DNA from: Paraspadella gotoi
Taxonomy: Eukaryota > Animalia > Chaetognatha
Reading direction: 5' to 3'
Assembly: GCA_051294375.1 (NCBI GenBank)
Contig: CM119266.1
Coordinates: 26,447,387-26,511,386 of the forward strand
DNA: 64,000 nt
This document shows, in pieces, positions 12,161 to 25,269 of this stretch. The translations under genes and the position numbers were made by a program. The notes below the pieces were generated by a model. It was given only the letters and a program-made list of their open reading frames with translations, was not told the origin of the DNA and ran no database searches. Numbering within the stretch: the first letter of the stretch is position 1; each line of letters opens with the position of its first letter.

Positions 12161-14700
12161 GACACAATGAAAAATGGCGTAACGTTACTGTTCCGTGCAT
12201 AAAAAAAATTCACTGTTTAATATTATTATATTTTTTTTTTTTTGAAACGTTATAGTTTCATATGTTGATATCCAAAATATCAATGCAAAATCTTTTTTTG
12301 TTTTTTAGATATGACTGAATATAGCTTAGCAGTTTTGCACTGTTTCTTCGATGTATTAAATAATCACGAACGAGAATTAAAGACAAAAGTTTATTTATTT
12401 ATTTACAGTTTAGAGCGCAATGTGAATATCTAAGCTAGAAATTATATTACAACCATTCGGGCCGAGGGCAGCTTCGCTTCTGAAACCAAAGTCCTTCCTT
12501 CTACTCCCTCGGCCCATGAAACAATCCCCTTTGCCCTAGTCCCACTCCCTGCCCTGTGATTCGCCATGATGCAAGCCCACGATCGAATAAGCGAAGGAGG
12601 GAGGGAGAGGGAGAGAGAGAGTTCGGGATGATCATAATGGGGGGAGGCGGATCCCGTATCCGCTGATGATAGGGAGAAAGATGATAAATTTTTTTAAAAA
12701 GTTACTTATTCATATTTAATTCCTAGAATTGTAATAGAAAAAAATTTTAAAAAATAATAGTACCAATAGTTAGTATTATGTCTCAAATAGATGGAAAAAA
12801 AAACTCATTTAAAAATTCAATCGGAAGTGGGGTAACTAAGGCTTACCAATGGCACTCTCCACGCCGATTGTTCCTCTAAATTTTTTTTTTTTTAATACAT
12901 TTGAAAGGGAAAAAAAAATCAGAATGCAGGTTGTAAAAAGGGTACAGATAATCTGGACTTACTGACATGATAACCATGACCTTTTATATCTTGTGAAATG
13001 GAGGCAGTAAAGATATCTAAAAAATTTGATCATAAAGTCAGTCAATGAACCCTTTCAAATGGGCTATTACGAGAAATATTTTTTCTTAATTAAAATGGAT
13101 GATAAATAATAGAATTAAATTCCTTGCTATATTTAAAAGAAAATTATCAATACAATTTAACACAATGATGTCTTGCTTTGTCAAATATATTGCCAGATAT
13201 ATAATTTTTTAAAACTTTATTATGATAAACAAGCAGTATGTCAAGCTTTTAGTTTGCAATTAAAGATAATGAAAAATGCCAATTTTTTTTTCATAGTCAA
13301 GAAGGTAGATGTCCAGACTGTTTATATCAAGCTGAAAACATTTTTGTATTTATCATTTTTGATAAAAAGACTTTTATCAATCTACAACATAAATTTTTGC
13401 TTGTTTTTTACTTTAACTTAAAAATATAAGTAGTTTTATGGAATAAAGAAAATTTAATAATAATCGAAATGTAATTCAGTCTTTCCTTTTTCAAATTACA
13501 AAAGAAAAAGAAAAAATTTCATATGCCTTCATTAAAATTTTTAAAGCAAAAAACTGTTATACTTTTAACTCTGATTTAAACAAAAGCTGTGTAAAGATTT
13601 ATGGATTTAATTTAATAAAACTCTTTTAGAAAGGTGTCCCATGATTAAGGCTTTAATTTGATACCACATCCACCTTGCTACCTCTTTTCTTTCAAAAGTT
13701 ATTTAAAAAAAATAATTTTTTTAAATTACGCAGTACAAATCTTTGTTAAATAAAAATTTCGGCAAAGCGGGAGTATCTCACTTATTTCTATTGGTACAAT
13801 ACTTAAATTTCAAAATAAAACTTTAAGAAAATTTTTTTGTCATTTAGAGACATATCACTTTCAGATGTACCCATCGTATAATAATTTATTTATTTATTTC
13901 CCCCAAAAAAAACCTAATTAGAAAAGTTGAAATTTTTTCAAATTGTTGGAAAAAAAATTTTGTCCGACCTATGCTCATTGAGAATAATGGTTTTGCATAG
14001 AAAATCAAAATATCAAAAAAATAAAAAAATCAGCCTTCAGAAAAATCGAAAGGCGAGATTTTTTTAGAATTGCAAAATTTTTTTCCTGACTCATAATCCA
14101 TTATTCTCAAGTTTCAAAATATTTTTTTCCAAAATTCAATCAATTTTTTTTTATTAATTTAAAATATTTTTATGATGTTGTTTTTATTTCAAAAAATTGA
14201 AAAAAAGTGAAAAATATAGTAATTATAATAAATATAAAAAAATTAAAATATTAAATAATTAGAAACAAGGGGAGTAAGCAGAGAAAACTTCCCATTCAAT
14301 AAAAAATTGAAAATGAATTTGTCATATGTTTATTTAGATTAATTGACTAATTACAAACAAATGCTTCATATAAATTGAGGAAATGATAGGTAAAAATATT
14401 TTATCTTGTCTGGTTAACTATTAGGTTATCGTTAAAGTTTTGTTTTAATAATATTAATTTTTTTTTGCATTTATAAAAGCAATGGTCTAAAATTTTGTAA
14501 GCGTTTCGAGCTATATTGCTTCATCTTTTTTACTATTTTTGATCTAGTTAGCTTTTTTGTTGATGGTCAAGGGTTATGGTCAGATACAGTGTTATCGCAC
14601 ATATTACCAAAAGTAATGATCAATTAATTTGGCTCAGAAACAATTTTAAAGGGACAAAATCAGCACGAGACCGTTTCGCCACGTTATTTTTCATTGTGTC
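12161..14700. mobile_element. ~2.2-kb non-autonomous DNA transposon, copy 2, with a nested insertion
   Basis: Same TIRs as 5882-8046; lies in SPATA7 intron 5; carries an extra 344 bp at 12325-12668. Confidence 0.85.
12325..12668 (-). mobile_element. 344-bp insertion with 4-bp TSD (solo-LTR-like, class uncertain)
   Basis: Absent from copy 1 (empty site AATATAG^GGTGAAAG); ATAG at 12321-12324 and 12669-12672; AATAAA run on the minus strand. Confidence 0.6.
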
Positions 14701-16829
14701 ATATATAAGTTTCTACTACAGAGAATAAAAAAGTCAGGAATTTTCACTTTTTTTCTTATTTTAAACATTGAAGATGACAGAATGTTTTATATTTTTGATT
14801 CAACTTTTTATGAAGAATCTGAATCTTTATTAAAAGTTTTATAAAAATTATTTTTAAAAAATACTATTTTATAAGGATATTACTACAAATATATTATATT
14901 TTACTATTCTGTTCCCGAGATAATATGAACAAAAATATTTTGTACTTATTAATCATACTATCTCACATCTAAATATCATTATCGATCATTCAAATAAATT
15001 TTTTTGTTCTTGAGTGCTCCACTCTATTGTTCACTCAAACAAAATTTATGTTCCCCAGTGCTCCACTCTCTTCACCGCCTATAAGCATGTAACCTTCAGT
15101 CACCTCATGACCATTAGGTACCGGTACACTATCATCGAATAATTTTTTTTATCGGAATAAGGTTAGTTCATTGTACAAAAATATATATGCTTTTAATTAA
15201 TAAGTGACTATCATCGGAAACCTCTCAAGCAATATCAGTTGTCAAAAATCATTTCTTTAGGAGATATAAGGCTTTTCTCTATTTCAGACTCACTTTGTAG
15301 AGCTATATTCCAGGAACTTTATGATGAATTTACTTTTTTTTAAATCTTGATAAACAACTGGATACCTAGTATGGATTAAATACAAATTTGTTCTGAAAAG
15401 GTTTTACTGTATCTGAGTTTTTGAAAACTAGCTTAGAATATATAGGAATCATGGGGAATCACTACATTCTAATTAAATATAATGATTGATATTATAACGC
15501 ACTTGATGTGTTCGGGATTTCATCCGCAACGATCCGCAAAATGAGTTATGTCAAAATGATTTTCAAATTAATTTTTTTTTAACACTTCGATAAGAACCAT
15601 TTACTAAGTAAATTATTTTTTTAACTGCGATTTTGAAGTGGTTAAAAAAACAATTTGAAATTGTCTTCATGACAAAGACGTTAGTAATTTTTTTTAAAAA
15701 AATAATTTGATGAAGATGAAGACTCAGGAGTCGAAACTTGTCTTAATATCAAATACAATTCGTTGACAAAAAACAAATAATTATTGTTTTTCTCCAAATC
15801 TCAAAACACAAGAAATTGATATAAAGGAACAGAGACAGACAGAGAGAGAGGAAAAAAAAACATAAGTAATCATGAATATTGGACTTCAAAGAATTGATGG
15901 TGTAAAAATATTCATTAGAAATTTAACATTTAAGATGAAATATTGATTACATTTGTCACATATTTGACATTATATTGTTATACATTATATTGTTTTACAC
16001 TCAGTGAGGCGAAATTCTCTGTAAGAATCTTCTATCTTTGTTATTTTACATGTTAGATTGAGTTACATTAAATCTTGTTAAACTTTTTGATGTAATAAAT
16101 TAATAAATGGATTGAACCTAACAAACGTTTTCTTTAAAAGAACGAAAATGCCAAAAAAAAAACATATCTTGTGAACTTCAATTTATAATTTACTTAATCT
16201 CTATTTTGATACCTCCATCTTTTTCAAAAATTAGTAGTTAAAAACACGTTAGTACTATTAACTTCCTCGCTTAACTGATTGGATAAAATTGCTCTTTAAA
16301 CTTTTGTTTTACCGTATTTGAGAGGAAAAAAAATTAAAACATGATAAAAAAAAATGGCGTAGCGTTCGGGTTATCTTTAGGAATCGTAAAAAAATAAAAT
16401 ATTACATTTTTGTCCTTTTTGGAAATATTATATTTTATGAGAAGAACCTCTAGTTTTCAAGAATTACTCTGGTTAAGCTATCCGAATATGTCATTATATA
16501 AATTTTTCCGATTTTAACGTTCACTTCGATCATAGTGCGGTATTGATCTCCAAGGCTGTAAATGGCTGTAAACCGCCTTGGGGATGTGGAAAACCCTCAA
16601 GCCTGGTTTAAAACCCAGGACTCGTTCCATGGCTGCGAGAGGGGGTTAAAGAAGTTGCGGATAGCCTCTTCATATCCATATAAGACGTCCACTTATCCTC
16701 TAAGAACAAAATTTATTAGACATTTATTATAAATTTTAATTAATAGTTTATTTCAATGATAACTTTTTATAAAAGTATTTTATAATTATCGAAACTAAAA
16801 AATATGTGCTGTTCATTGTTTAGTCTGAC

Positions 16830-16990
16830 CTGGTCCATCGAAATGTCAAGCTTTGGAACGAATTCGCCACTTTTGGTTTCGAAACGGTCGTCGTTATCGC
16901 ATGTTAGACGCCAATCTTCTAGTGGAGTAGAGCTGCGGGTGCAATTGGCGCTGGAGTCCATAACAATATCACTGGCTGAGGGAGAAACAC
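16830..16990 (-). CDS. SPATA7: SPATA7 homologue, exon 5
   Basis: CAG acceptor 16993-16991, GTCAGA donor; phase 1 in, phase 0 out, compatible with both neighbours; 77-nt intron upstream. Confidence 0.8.
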
Positions 16991-17067
16991 CTGTAAACCA
17001 ATTTCATAATTATTAATTAATATATGAAGTACATTATTCTCTTCTTCAGTTTTTTTTCCTTACTAAC

Positions 17068-17547
17068 CTGTCAGCAAAGAAACTCCAAGCAGTGGTCTTA
17101 TGGGCTTCTTGGGCGTTGGGCGGTAGTAATGTTTCGACTGCGTTAGTTTTGAGACTGCCTTTGGTTTATTTAAAATTCTGGGGGAAAACGATTTAGTCGT
17201 AGACTTAAATGCGTGGGCCCTGGACTCCATAACATCTCCTGATTGATCTGATCTTCCTTGAGTCTTTGTTCTTGAAGCTTGCTTTAGAGGCAGGGAATTA
17301 AAAACGCTTTTGGGCCCCGCAATTTCTGGACGACTAACTGTCGCGTTTACGGTGAAGAAATTCGTCGGCCGTAAATTAGCTTCCCTAAAGTCTTCTTCCA
17401 CTCCATATAATCGAATAATTCTGTCTGCCAGCGCATTCTTGTTTACTTGGTTGTTCGGATGTATGTTTTTGTCAACGTCAACGTCGGCGGAATCGAAATC
17501 TTCTGTTTTCAGGAGTTGAAGTGCTTCCATTTCTACATTTAAGGAGC
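17068..17547 (-). CDS. SPATA7: SPATA7 homologue, exon 4
   Basis: CAG acceptor, GTTAGT donor. SGDVMESRAHAF...FSPRILNKPKAVSKLTQSKHYYRP resembles SPATA7 SGDLLDKHSELF...FTPRTLKTEAKSFLSQYRYYTP. Confidence 0.85.
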
Positions 17548-18082
17548 CTGTAATGGATTTTGTGATGATCGCGACAGTTCGATTTTACGATTTACTTTTA
17601 AATGAAAAGTTATTACTTGTACAATGTACCTTCAAATTAAAAACATTAATAACAGTTTTTGTTTTCATGTCATCGCATAAATACCATGATGGAAAAAAAA
17701 ATTGTTAAGGTTACTTCCTCATATGAATCACAAGAGTTCCATGCAAAATAAAATAAGTTGTTCAAAAAATGTTTTTTTATTTTTTTCATATCTACACTTT
17801 TCATTTATACTAATTTCTAGTTCTTTTTTATTACTATTATTATTATTATTAAAAATCCCTGATTTTTCTGTCTCATATTGAATGGTTATTGCATCATCAC
17901 CATTAGGATAGATTCAGGGATGAATCTTAATTCATATGTGAAAAAAGCGGTATTAAAAATACATTGATACTGTAAATGCTTTAAAATAGTTTTTTTATAT
18001 TATAAAATATCAATAAAAGTTATAAAGCTCCTGCTTCTGTGCGAAAAGTTATCATTTTTATTTACTTCTGGATGTACAGGGG

Positions 18083-19522
18083 TAGTGTTCCGATAACCGT
18101 TAACTGTTAACGGTTATTAACGGTTAAAATATTTTTAACTTAACCGTTAATATATTTATTTTAACGGTTAAATTCGGTTAATTTTCAAATGTGATTTTTT
18201 TCATTTTTTGGTATGAAATCTTTAAATTTAAAAAAAAATATTTTTTTTATGTTCTCTCTTATTCTCCTCTCCCCTTCTCACAATATTTTTACCCCTCTCT
18301 CTCTTCTCCACTTTTTCCCTGCTTTTTTCCTTTATTTTCTTCTTTTTTTTCTATCCTCATCTCTCTCTTATTCTTTCTTCCCCTTTATTTATCTCTTTTT
18401 CTTTCTCACTTTCCCCTTTTTCCTTTTTTTGCCCTTTGCTTTAACCTTTTTCCTTTTTTTTGCCCTTTCATGCAATAATATATATTCAATTTAGCTAAAA
18501 ATAAATAATCCCTTGTGGCGGTATATTCACACCGCCTCACGTCCACCATCCTACAGCCAAATCCATTGGCTCAGAGGGGGAACACACCATCCCAGGCGTA
18601 GTGTTCCATCCATAGTCCTAACAACTTCCCTCTCCGTTGGCAAAGCGAGACCGTCCTCGGGTAAACGCGCCAGTGACAGGAGGCGTCACTGAGGGTCGGA
18701 AGCCCTCAAAGCCAATAGTGAGATGCCCCAACTCAATGGGCAATCACAGGCATCACAGGCAACCCGGCTGTTACTATACCCTCTTATTTTACCTTTTCTC
18801 TCTTTTTCTTTCCCTCTTTAAAATTAACAAAGAAGCAAATGAAATAAAACCGAATGAATGAAAAAAATGAATAAAAAACCAAATAAAAAAAATTATTTTA
18901 AAAAATTTAAAAATTAATAATAGAAGAAACGAATCTTAAAAAAGACATATAAAAAAGAATAATGATGATATACTTTTTAATTAAACTGAAAAATATATTT
19001 ATTAATCAATAAATATTTTGATCAATCGATAAATCAACCAGTCTATCAATAAATTAAAATTCATATTTATATTTATGGTCAATGACCATTGGTCATAGTT
19101 TATGAAAGACTAACAACAGAAAACGAGCGTTTAAGAAACTAACAACTACAAAAATAATGAGGAAGAGAAGAAGTAGAGAAAGAAAAAGAGAAAGAGAAAG
19201 AGAAAACAAAATATAGAATTTGATGGTATCCTTTCGTTTCAATGTGTTATGGGATAAGCAAAAATATTTGTTTTGTTACAACAACAATTTTATTTGACAT
19301 AAAACAGACATGTTTCGACTCTGTTTCAAGTCTTTATCAGCGCATTCAAGAGCCAGAGTTAAAGAGAAAATACCATTAAATACTTTAGTTTGTTTTAAAT
19401 CTTAATATTTTAAATTTAAAGTTTAATTATAAAATTAACCGATCTTAACGGTTAACCGTTAAAAATGTTAGTTTTAACGGTTAAGCGAATTTTCAAAAAA
19501 ATTAACAGTTATCGGAACTCTA
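18083..19522. mobile_element. Non-autonomous hAT-type element
   Basis: TIR TAGTGTTCCGATAACCGTTAA / TTAACAGTTATCGGAACTCTA; 8-bp TSD TACAGGGG / TACAGGGT; clustered subterminal AACCGTT/AACGGTT motifs. Confidence 0.8.
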
Positions 19523-19617
19523 TACAGGGTTAGAACCATATATCGAGACAAAACTTTTTGTTCAGCCCTGTCTTAACGATTTGAGATACAATAAAAGAAT
19601 GAGTTCCAAACGATTTT

Positions 19618-21779
19618 TAGTCGATCTGCTTATAAGCAGATTACGACTTTATAATGACTTCGTCGGTCGATCGGTTCCCCCCCTAAATCGTGTTGGGCAC
19701 TCGCTTAAATCATGTCAGAACATCAAATTATGATAAATTGTGCAAAAAAATATTTGTCTGTCGGTCTGTCTCTCCTTTTCATTAAACACCAATTTTTCGT
19801 GATTGGATGGATGGATTGGAATGAAATTTTGTGTGTGGGTAAGAGAGTCTGTGATTGAGCTGAATTTAAAATTTTAATTGAATCGTGCGAGTGGAAATTA
19901 CTTTAAATGGAAAAAACAAAAGTCATATTTACTTAAAGCATTTTTACTTATATTTACTCATAATTAATTAATTATTATATTGATTAAAGATTGGATAGAT
20001 AAATTCAAATAAAATTTTGTTTGTGGGTGGAAAGTATGTGGTTAAGCTGGATATAAATTATTAATGGAAAAAAGTGAAATTTAAAAAACCAAAAGACACA
20101 TTTATTAGACGAGAATCTCGCTTAAAAAAAAATTCAACATTTTCTAATAGAGAATTCCGTTCAAATCTGACTACCCAAATTGCAAACGCGTTTGCCAGAA
20201 ATTCGGTTAAAAAACACTTGTAAAAACACACGATTCCGAGTGCGTTACATCTGAAGAGCTTGTCCTATTCATTTTATGGCATTTGATAAAGGATTTAATA
20301 TCAAACAAGCCAGGGGAAATGCACTACTCATCTCCGGAGAATTTTCAAACCTCATTTTTACTATAGAAATGAAAGGGAAAGTTTACAAACTTAAAATTGC
20401 AAACGGGATTGCTATATGTTCCTGTTACATGAGCGACTTCGAATTTCGCGATTCTGATAGCTTTGTGTCTGAAGAGCTTGTCCTATTTTTCTTTTTTCAT
20501 TTTATAATGATTTTGACATAAAATGATCAGGTTTAAATGAAATAGTTCGGTTTGAATCGCGAAATTTTTATTTTAAAAGAAATTAAAAGGAAGGTTGAGA
20601 AAAAAAACTTATTTTTCCTAATATCTTTTGAAGGAATAAAGATAAAGGGATGGTAATAGTACCAAAATGAAGCCATAATCATAGGGCACATACAAGATAC
20701 AATTTTAGAATTACTTATGCTGAATCCTCCTTACAGGGTGAGTGTCAAACTAAGTCAAAATTATAATGAATTTTAAAACTAATGACACCCCATAAGAATA
20801 AATGAAAATTTAATTCTTTTTAATGATTCTGAAAGAAAAAAGGCTAAATTGTACTCTAGTAAAACTTTAAAGTTTTTTGGATAAAGAAAATGTGAATTTT
20901 TTGTCACTTAAATATTTGCTTGTCTGATTTTACAAGCATGCTTACAAAATTCTACAAAATATTATTCACCCCATCACAGCCTAAGTATTTATCTTTCTTT
21001 TCCACCAGCAAAAAGTAAACATTATTTTATGCTAGAGAACAGGGATGTTTACTGAAATGAGCCGGAAGACATTCCACTTCTTCACTTTACTGTCATTTTT
21101 CAATAATAAAATAGGCGAATTTTTTAATTATTTAACTCTCACAGGCTTCACAAGACATTATACTTTCATAATATCCCAATGTTAATGTAATTTATTATAT
21201 TTTTTACCCAGAAATCATAAAATAACAGAAAGTTGTGGATTCCCTTCGCTCATTTAAGAAAAAAAAATTAACTAGCGGAATTATAAGTTTGTAAGAGGAA
21301 GTCAGAATCGGCGAAAATCTTAAAAGGCGAGAATGTTGAAAAAAAGGGGTGGAATTTTGATGGGTTTCCTAAGATTTCTCCACAATGTGAGGTCCGATTA
21401 AAGCGAAACTTGAGATTTACAATATTCCCGTCATTCGACATCTATCGATAAAAATATAAGAAAAAAGTCACTGGCTTCTTTTTCTATAGCGGCTTCCTAC
21501 ATTTATTTGATTTTTTTAAAGTTTCTCTTTCTATCTCTTTCTGATTGATTGAATGATTGATTAATTGATTGAATGACCAGATACTACAAGTCGACCAAAT
21601 TATGCCAGTTGACCAAATTATGCCAGTTGAAGTATGTCATGATTTATTATGTTATGATTTATTATGATCTGTTAAGATCACAAATTGAAAGTCAGAAAGA
21701 ATTGACGTGATTTATCATCAGATTAGCTGATTACCACTTAATTATCGTAGGCAGATCCACATTGTTGCTCAAACTTGTT
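19618..21779 (+). mobile_element. HINE/DINE-1-like element (family A) with a nested ~1.4-kb insertion
   Basis: 5' TAGTCGATCTGC...GCAGAT hairpin, GTCT microsatellite, 3' GCAGATCC-ACATTGTTGCTCAAACTTGTT; T-runs on both flanks. Confidence 0.75.
20105..21495. repeat. ~1.3-kb interspersed repeat; inverted copy at about 30700-32035
   Basis: Long reverse-complement similarity between 20105-21470 and 30700-32035. Confidence 0.75.
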
Positions 21780-22215
21780 TTTTGATATTTGAAGTTTTTT
21801 TAATTGATTTTGATAAAGCTAAAAAAGTTAAGCAAAAAATATAATTACAACTTTTTAAAATTTTGATGTTTTATTATTAAAAATTAACAAACCCTGTTAA
21901 AAAACCATCGGATGATGATAATGATGATTTTTAAACGTTTTTTTTAAATTTTGACCTACTTATCATCAAAATATTGAAAAAAGAATTGTACTTTGTGAAG
22001 AAAACTTTTCATAAGCTATCTGAATATGCTTTTAAAAATATAATTTTTTTAAAAAAAATTTGACATTCCTATCTATAAATAAATATTAAAAAAATAATTA
22101 CTAGTGCTTCTAGCCATTTTTAAAAAAATGTATCCATTAAAAGTTTTTTCAGAAATATATGAAGTTTTATTTGGGAAAGTTCCCAAATCAAACTGACCTA
22201 CCCAATTTACATAGA
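21780..22215. repeat. Interspersed repeat; inverted copies at about 38465-38920 and 48270-48475
   Basis: Shared AAAAAGTTAAGCAAAAAATATAATTACAACTTTTTAAAATTTTGATG, (GAT)n and TTCCCAAATCAAACT segments. Confidence 0.65.
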
Positions 22216-22399
22216 TTGGCCTTATTCTTGATCCAAAAAAAGGTAAAAACAGTTAGAGACAACTTCTTTTGGAAGTATTTGTAAATATTTAATAATTTTA
22301 TGCTGTTGAGAAAGAATCTTTTTATTCAGTCTTAGGAGGTCATATTACATATTAAAACTTATTTATTGGCCATAAAATATATTTTTTTTAGATCAAGTA

Positions 22400-22870
22400 A
22401 CTGTTTGATAAATGCCTTCAGCAGAATTATTGATGAAATTGTATTATACCGTGTTCTGGTTCTCCTTTATGGTTGTGAAGTAAAAACTTTTTCCGTATGT
22501 AATATGAACAGACTTAATGTAGCTGTAAATGATTGTGTCCGAAATATTTTTGGATATAATCGATGGGTAAGTAAGTGAGAACTTAGGTCGTGGTATCCAA
22601 ACATACTCCTATCTACTATTTTTAATAATTGTAAGAAAACCTTTATCTCAAAGATCTATCCAATGAAAAATACTGTTCTTTAGAAACTTATTCCGTTTTT
22701 TATAACATAAGAACAATTGTTAATTGTTTAAATTTTAATTAAGTAATTTTATTTAATTAACTGTTTTTTTCTCTCTATTTTATAATGTTTTTCGTTTGCT
22801 CAGACTTAGTCTGTTTGTTTGTTTGTTGATGATGATTGTACTGAATCAACCTTGTTGTATTCGAATAAAA
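22400..22870 (+). mobile_element. Degraded non-LTR retrotransposon (LINE) 3' fragment
   Basis: Translation VLLYGCEV...MNRLNVAVNDCVRNIFGYNRW resembles the region just C-terminal to LINE reverse transcriptase; stops follow, then AATAAA. Confidence 0.55.
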
Positions 22871-23306
22871 TCGCATATATATTTGATAATGAAAATAACC
22901 GACTTTTATAAACAATAACAATTTTTTTCCATCATGGTACAGCTGAAGAATTACAATATCTGAGTATTATTTCGTTACCAGCCATGGACTACAATTAGAC
23001 TAGTATTAAATAAGTTTTTTAAAATCATTACACACATTTTTCACCTTATGCAAATTACAATATGGAAATGAGATTAAGAAACTTAGTTTCATTCAATTTT
23101 TTTTCCTATTTTTATTTTCTGCACTATCCCAAAGGTTATAATGGCCAAAGAAAACCTCCTTAAATTTATTTAATAAAAAAGATGATTATTTCATATATAT
23201 TATGAAGTATCTTTCTTGCTACAAGACCGAACAATCGATCATTCAAGAATCAAGGCCATAAAATCCTGTAAAACCGAAGTTGATTAAACGCAAAATAAAA
23301 ATAAAA

Positions 23307-24455
23307 AATCTTAAAAGTATAAGGATATCGCCAAAGAATAGTATTAATTAATAAGTATTATAATCTAATTTTCATATTGCAGTAAATCATAATTAAGTGG
23401 AAATTCAACCAAAAAATACTTGAATCGATATGAAACAAAGAAAATGGATACACAATTCCAAATGTAATATGAAAATTTCAAAGCTATTTCAAAATGAGAA
23501 GCCATATCTAAATTTTTAACTTACTATGATCGCACACTTTTATAAAAATTCATCGTAACTCATATTTTTTTATTTAAAAAAAACTAAGTCCCAGCCAAAA
23601 CTATAAAAGCGTAGTAGTTTTTATAGAAAACAAGTTTGAGCAAACAATGTCGGATCTGCCCACGATCATTATCGTTAATTAATTAATTAATAATTAATTA
23701 ATAATTAATTCAAGTTAATTATTTTATTAATTAATAATTAATTTATTCAAGTCAATTATTTAATTAATTAGGCAATTAATTAATTAATTTGATCCAAAAT
23801 GTTTGTTTTGATTAATTGACTGATTAATTAATTATTTATTAATTAATTGATTAACTGATTATTTATTTGATTAATTAATACATCTTGCATTTACCTTTAA
23901 AATAAAAAAAGTAGCATAATCAATTAGTGAAATAGTTTCTTTGTTTTTTCTATTTAAACTTATTTCCACGCTAACGATTCCATCGAAACTTGATTTCCAG
24001 TTTAATCACACACTTTTCTACCCAAATACAAAATTTTAAGTCAATCGCCCCATCCACTCATGAGTAATTGGTGTTCAAATAATGAAATTTATTTTTTTGT
24101 TTTTTCCATTTAAACTCATTTCCACACAGACGATTCCATCGAAACTTCATATCCAGCTCAATCACACACTTCCTTACCCACACACATAATTTCATTCCAA
24201 TCCATCCATCCAAGGATGGACGGACAGACAGACGGACGGACATCGTTTTTTTTTTTTGTATAATTTATCATAATTCGATGTTCTGACAGGATATACCGTA
24301 AGTGAATGCCCGACAAGATTGAGGGGGCGGACCGACGAACCGACATAGTGAATTAGAGAGTCGGGATCTGCTGAAAAGCGTGACGACGACGACGACTACG
24401 TCACAAAGAAGCGTCCCCTTCGCATTATCTCGCCAAGATTCCTTGGCGAGATAAA
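23307..24455 (-). mobile_element. HINE-like element (family C, ATCTCGCCA subTIR) hosting a family-A copy
   Basis: 5' hairpin TTATCTCGCCAAG-ATTC-CTTGGCGAGATAA (24425-24454); 3' end on the minus strand TGGCGATATCCTTATACTTTTAAGATT (23307-23333). Confidence 0.55.
23629..24379 (-). mobile_element. HINE/DINE-1-like element (family A), short copy
   Basis: AACAAGTTTGAGCAAACAATGTCGGATCTGC at one end, GTCGGGATCTGCTG at the other, (GGAC/AGAC)n core. Confidence 0.8.
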
Positions 24456-25269
24456 AAGATAGGAAATTAAGATATAGGATTGAGAGAGTGAGAAAGTATT
24501 TAGTTTTTCAGAGAGCTCATTCTGGCAAGATTTGGAGTTTGAATTTGTTATATTTTTGGTCTCTGCTTGCCATAAGAAAAAGGAAAGTGTTAAATTAAAT
24601 GAAATTAAAATTATCTTCGCCTGAACTATTTGTGCTTCCAAAATTTAAAACTTTCTTTTTTCCTGATGGCAAGCAAGACCAAAAATATTACAAATTCAGA
24701 GTGAGAAAGATGTGCTCTGTCCTTATGTCGTGGTTTAATTTTTTATATTCAACAATTATGACGCGATGTACAGTCTCGTAGAAAAAACTATGCAGTTAAA
24801 AAAAAAATTTCATTTTTCATTTTTTATTGTTTCTCATCCTAGGTCATTACTCCGTGAATGTTATTTATAAAAATTAATGCAAAATCTTTTAATGCTCTCA
24901 AGATAGAGTTAAATACATAAATGCCGTCAGAATTCAAACTAAAAAGAAGATTGGTTTATTCTATAATGTGTGAACAACATATCTCTTAAAAAACAATGAA
25001 GTCAAAATCTCCTTTGTTTAAGCTGTCGTTTGATATCAAAAACTTAAAACATTTGTCTGTCCATCTGTCTGTCTGTCCGTCTTTTCTCCCGTACCTTTAA
25101 AGTCTTATTACTTATGTTTGGATAAATCAATTGAGTTGAAATTTTGTCCGTGATTAAAAAACTAGTTCATTGAGCTGGAATTAAAGTTTCAACGGAATCA
25201 GGCTAGTGGAAGTAGGTTTGATTAGAAAAAGTAAAGATCAATATTAGTTTATTAATTTAATTTATATTT

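Noticed and set aside
18191-18494. Hydrophobic 'membrane protein' ORFs (also 28063-28407)
   Set aside because: Polypyrimidine low-complexity sequence.
18630-18700. HDV-like ribozyme (ACC-GTCCTCG-GGT resembles P3/L3)
   Set aside because: No matching P1, P1.1 GG or J4/2 could be placed on either strand.
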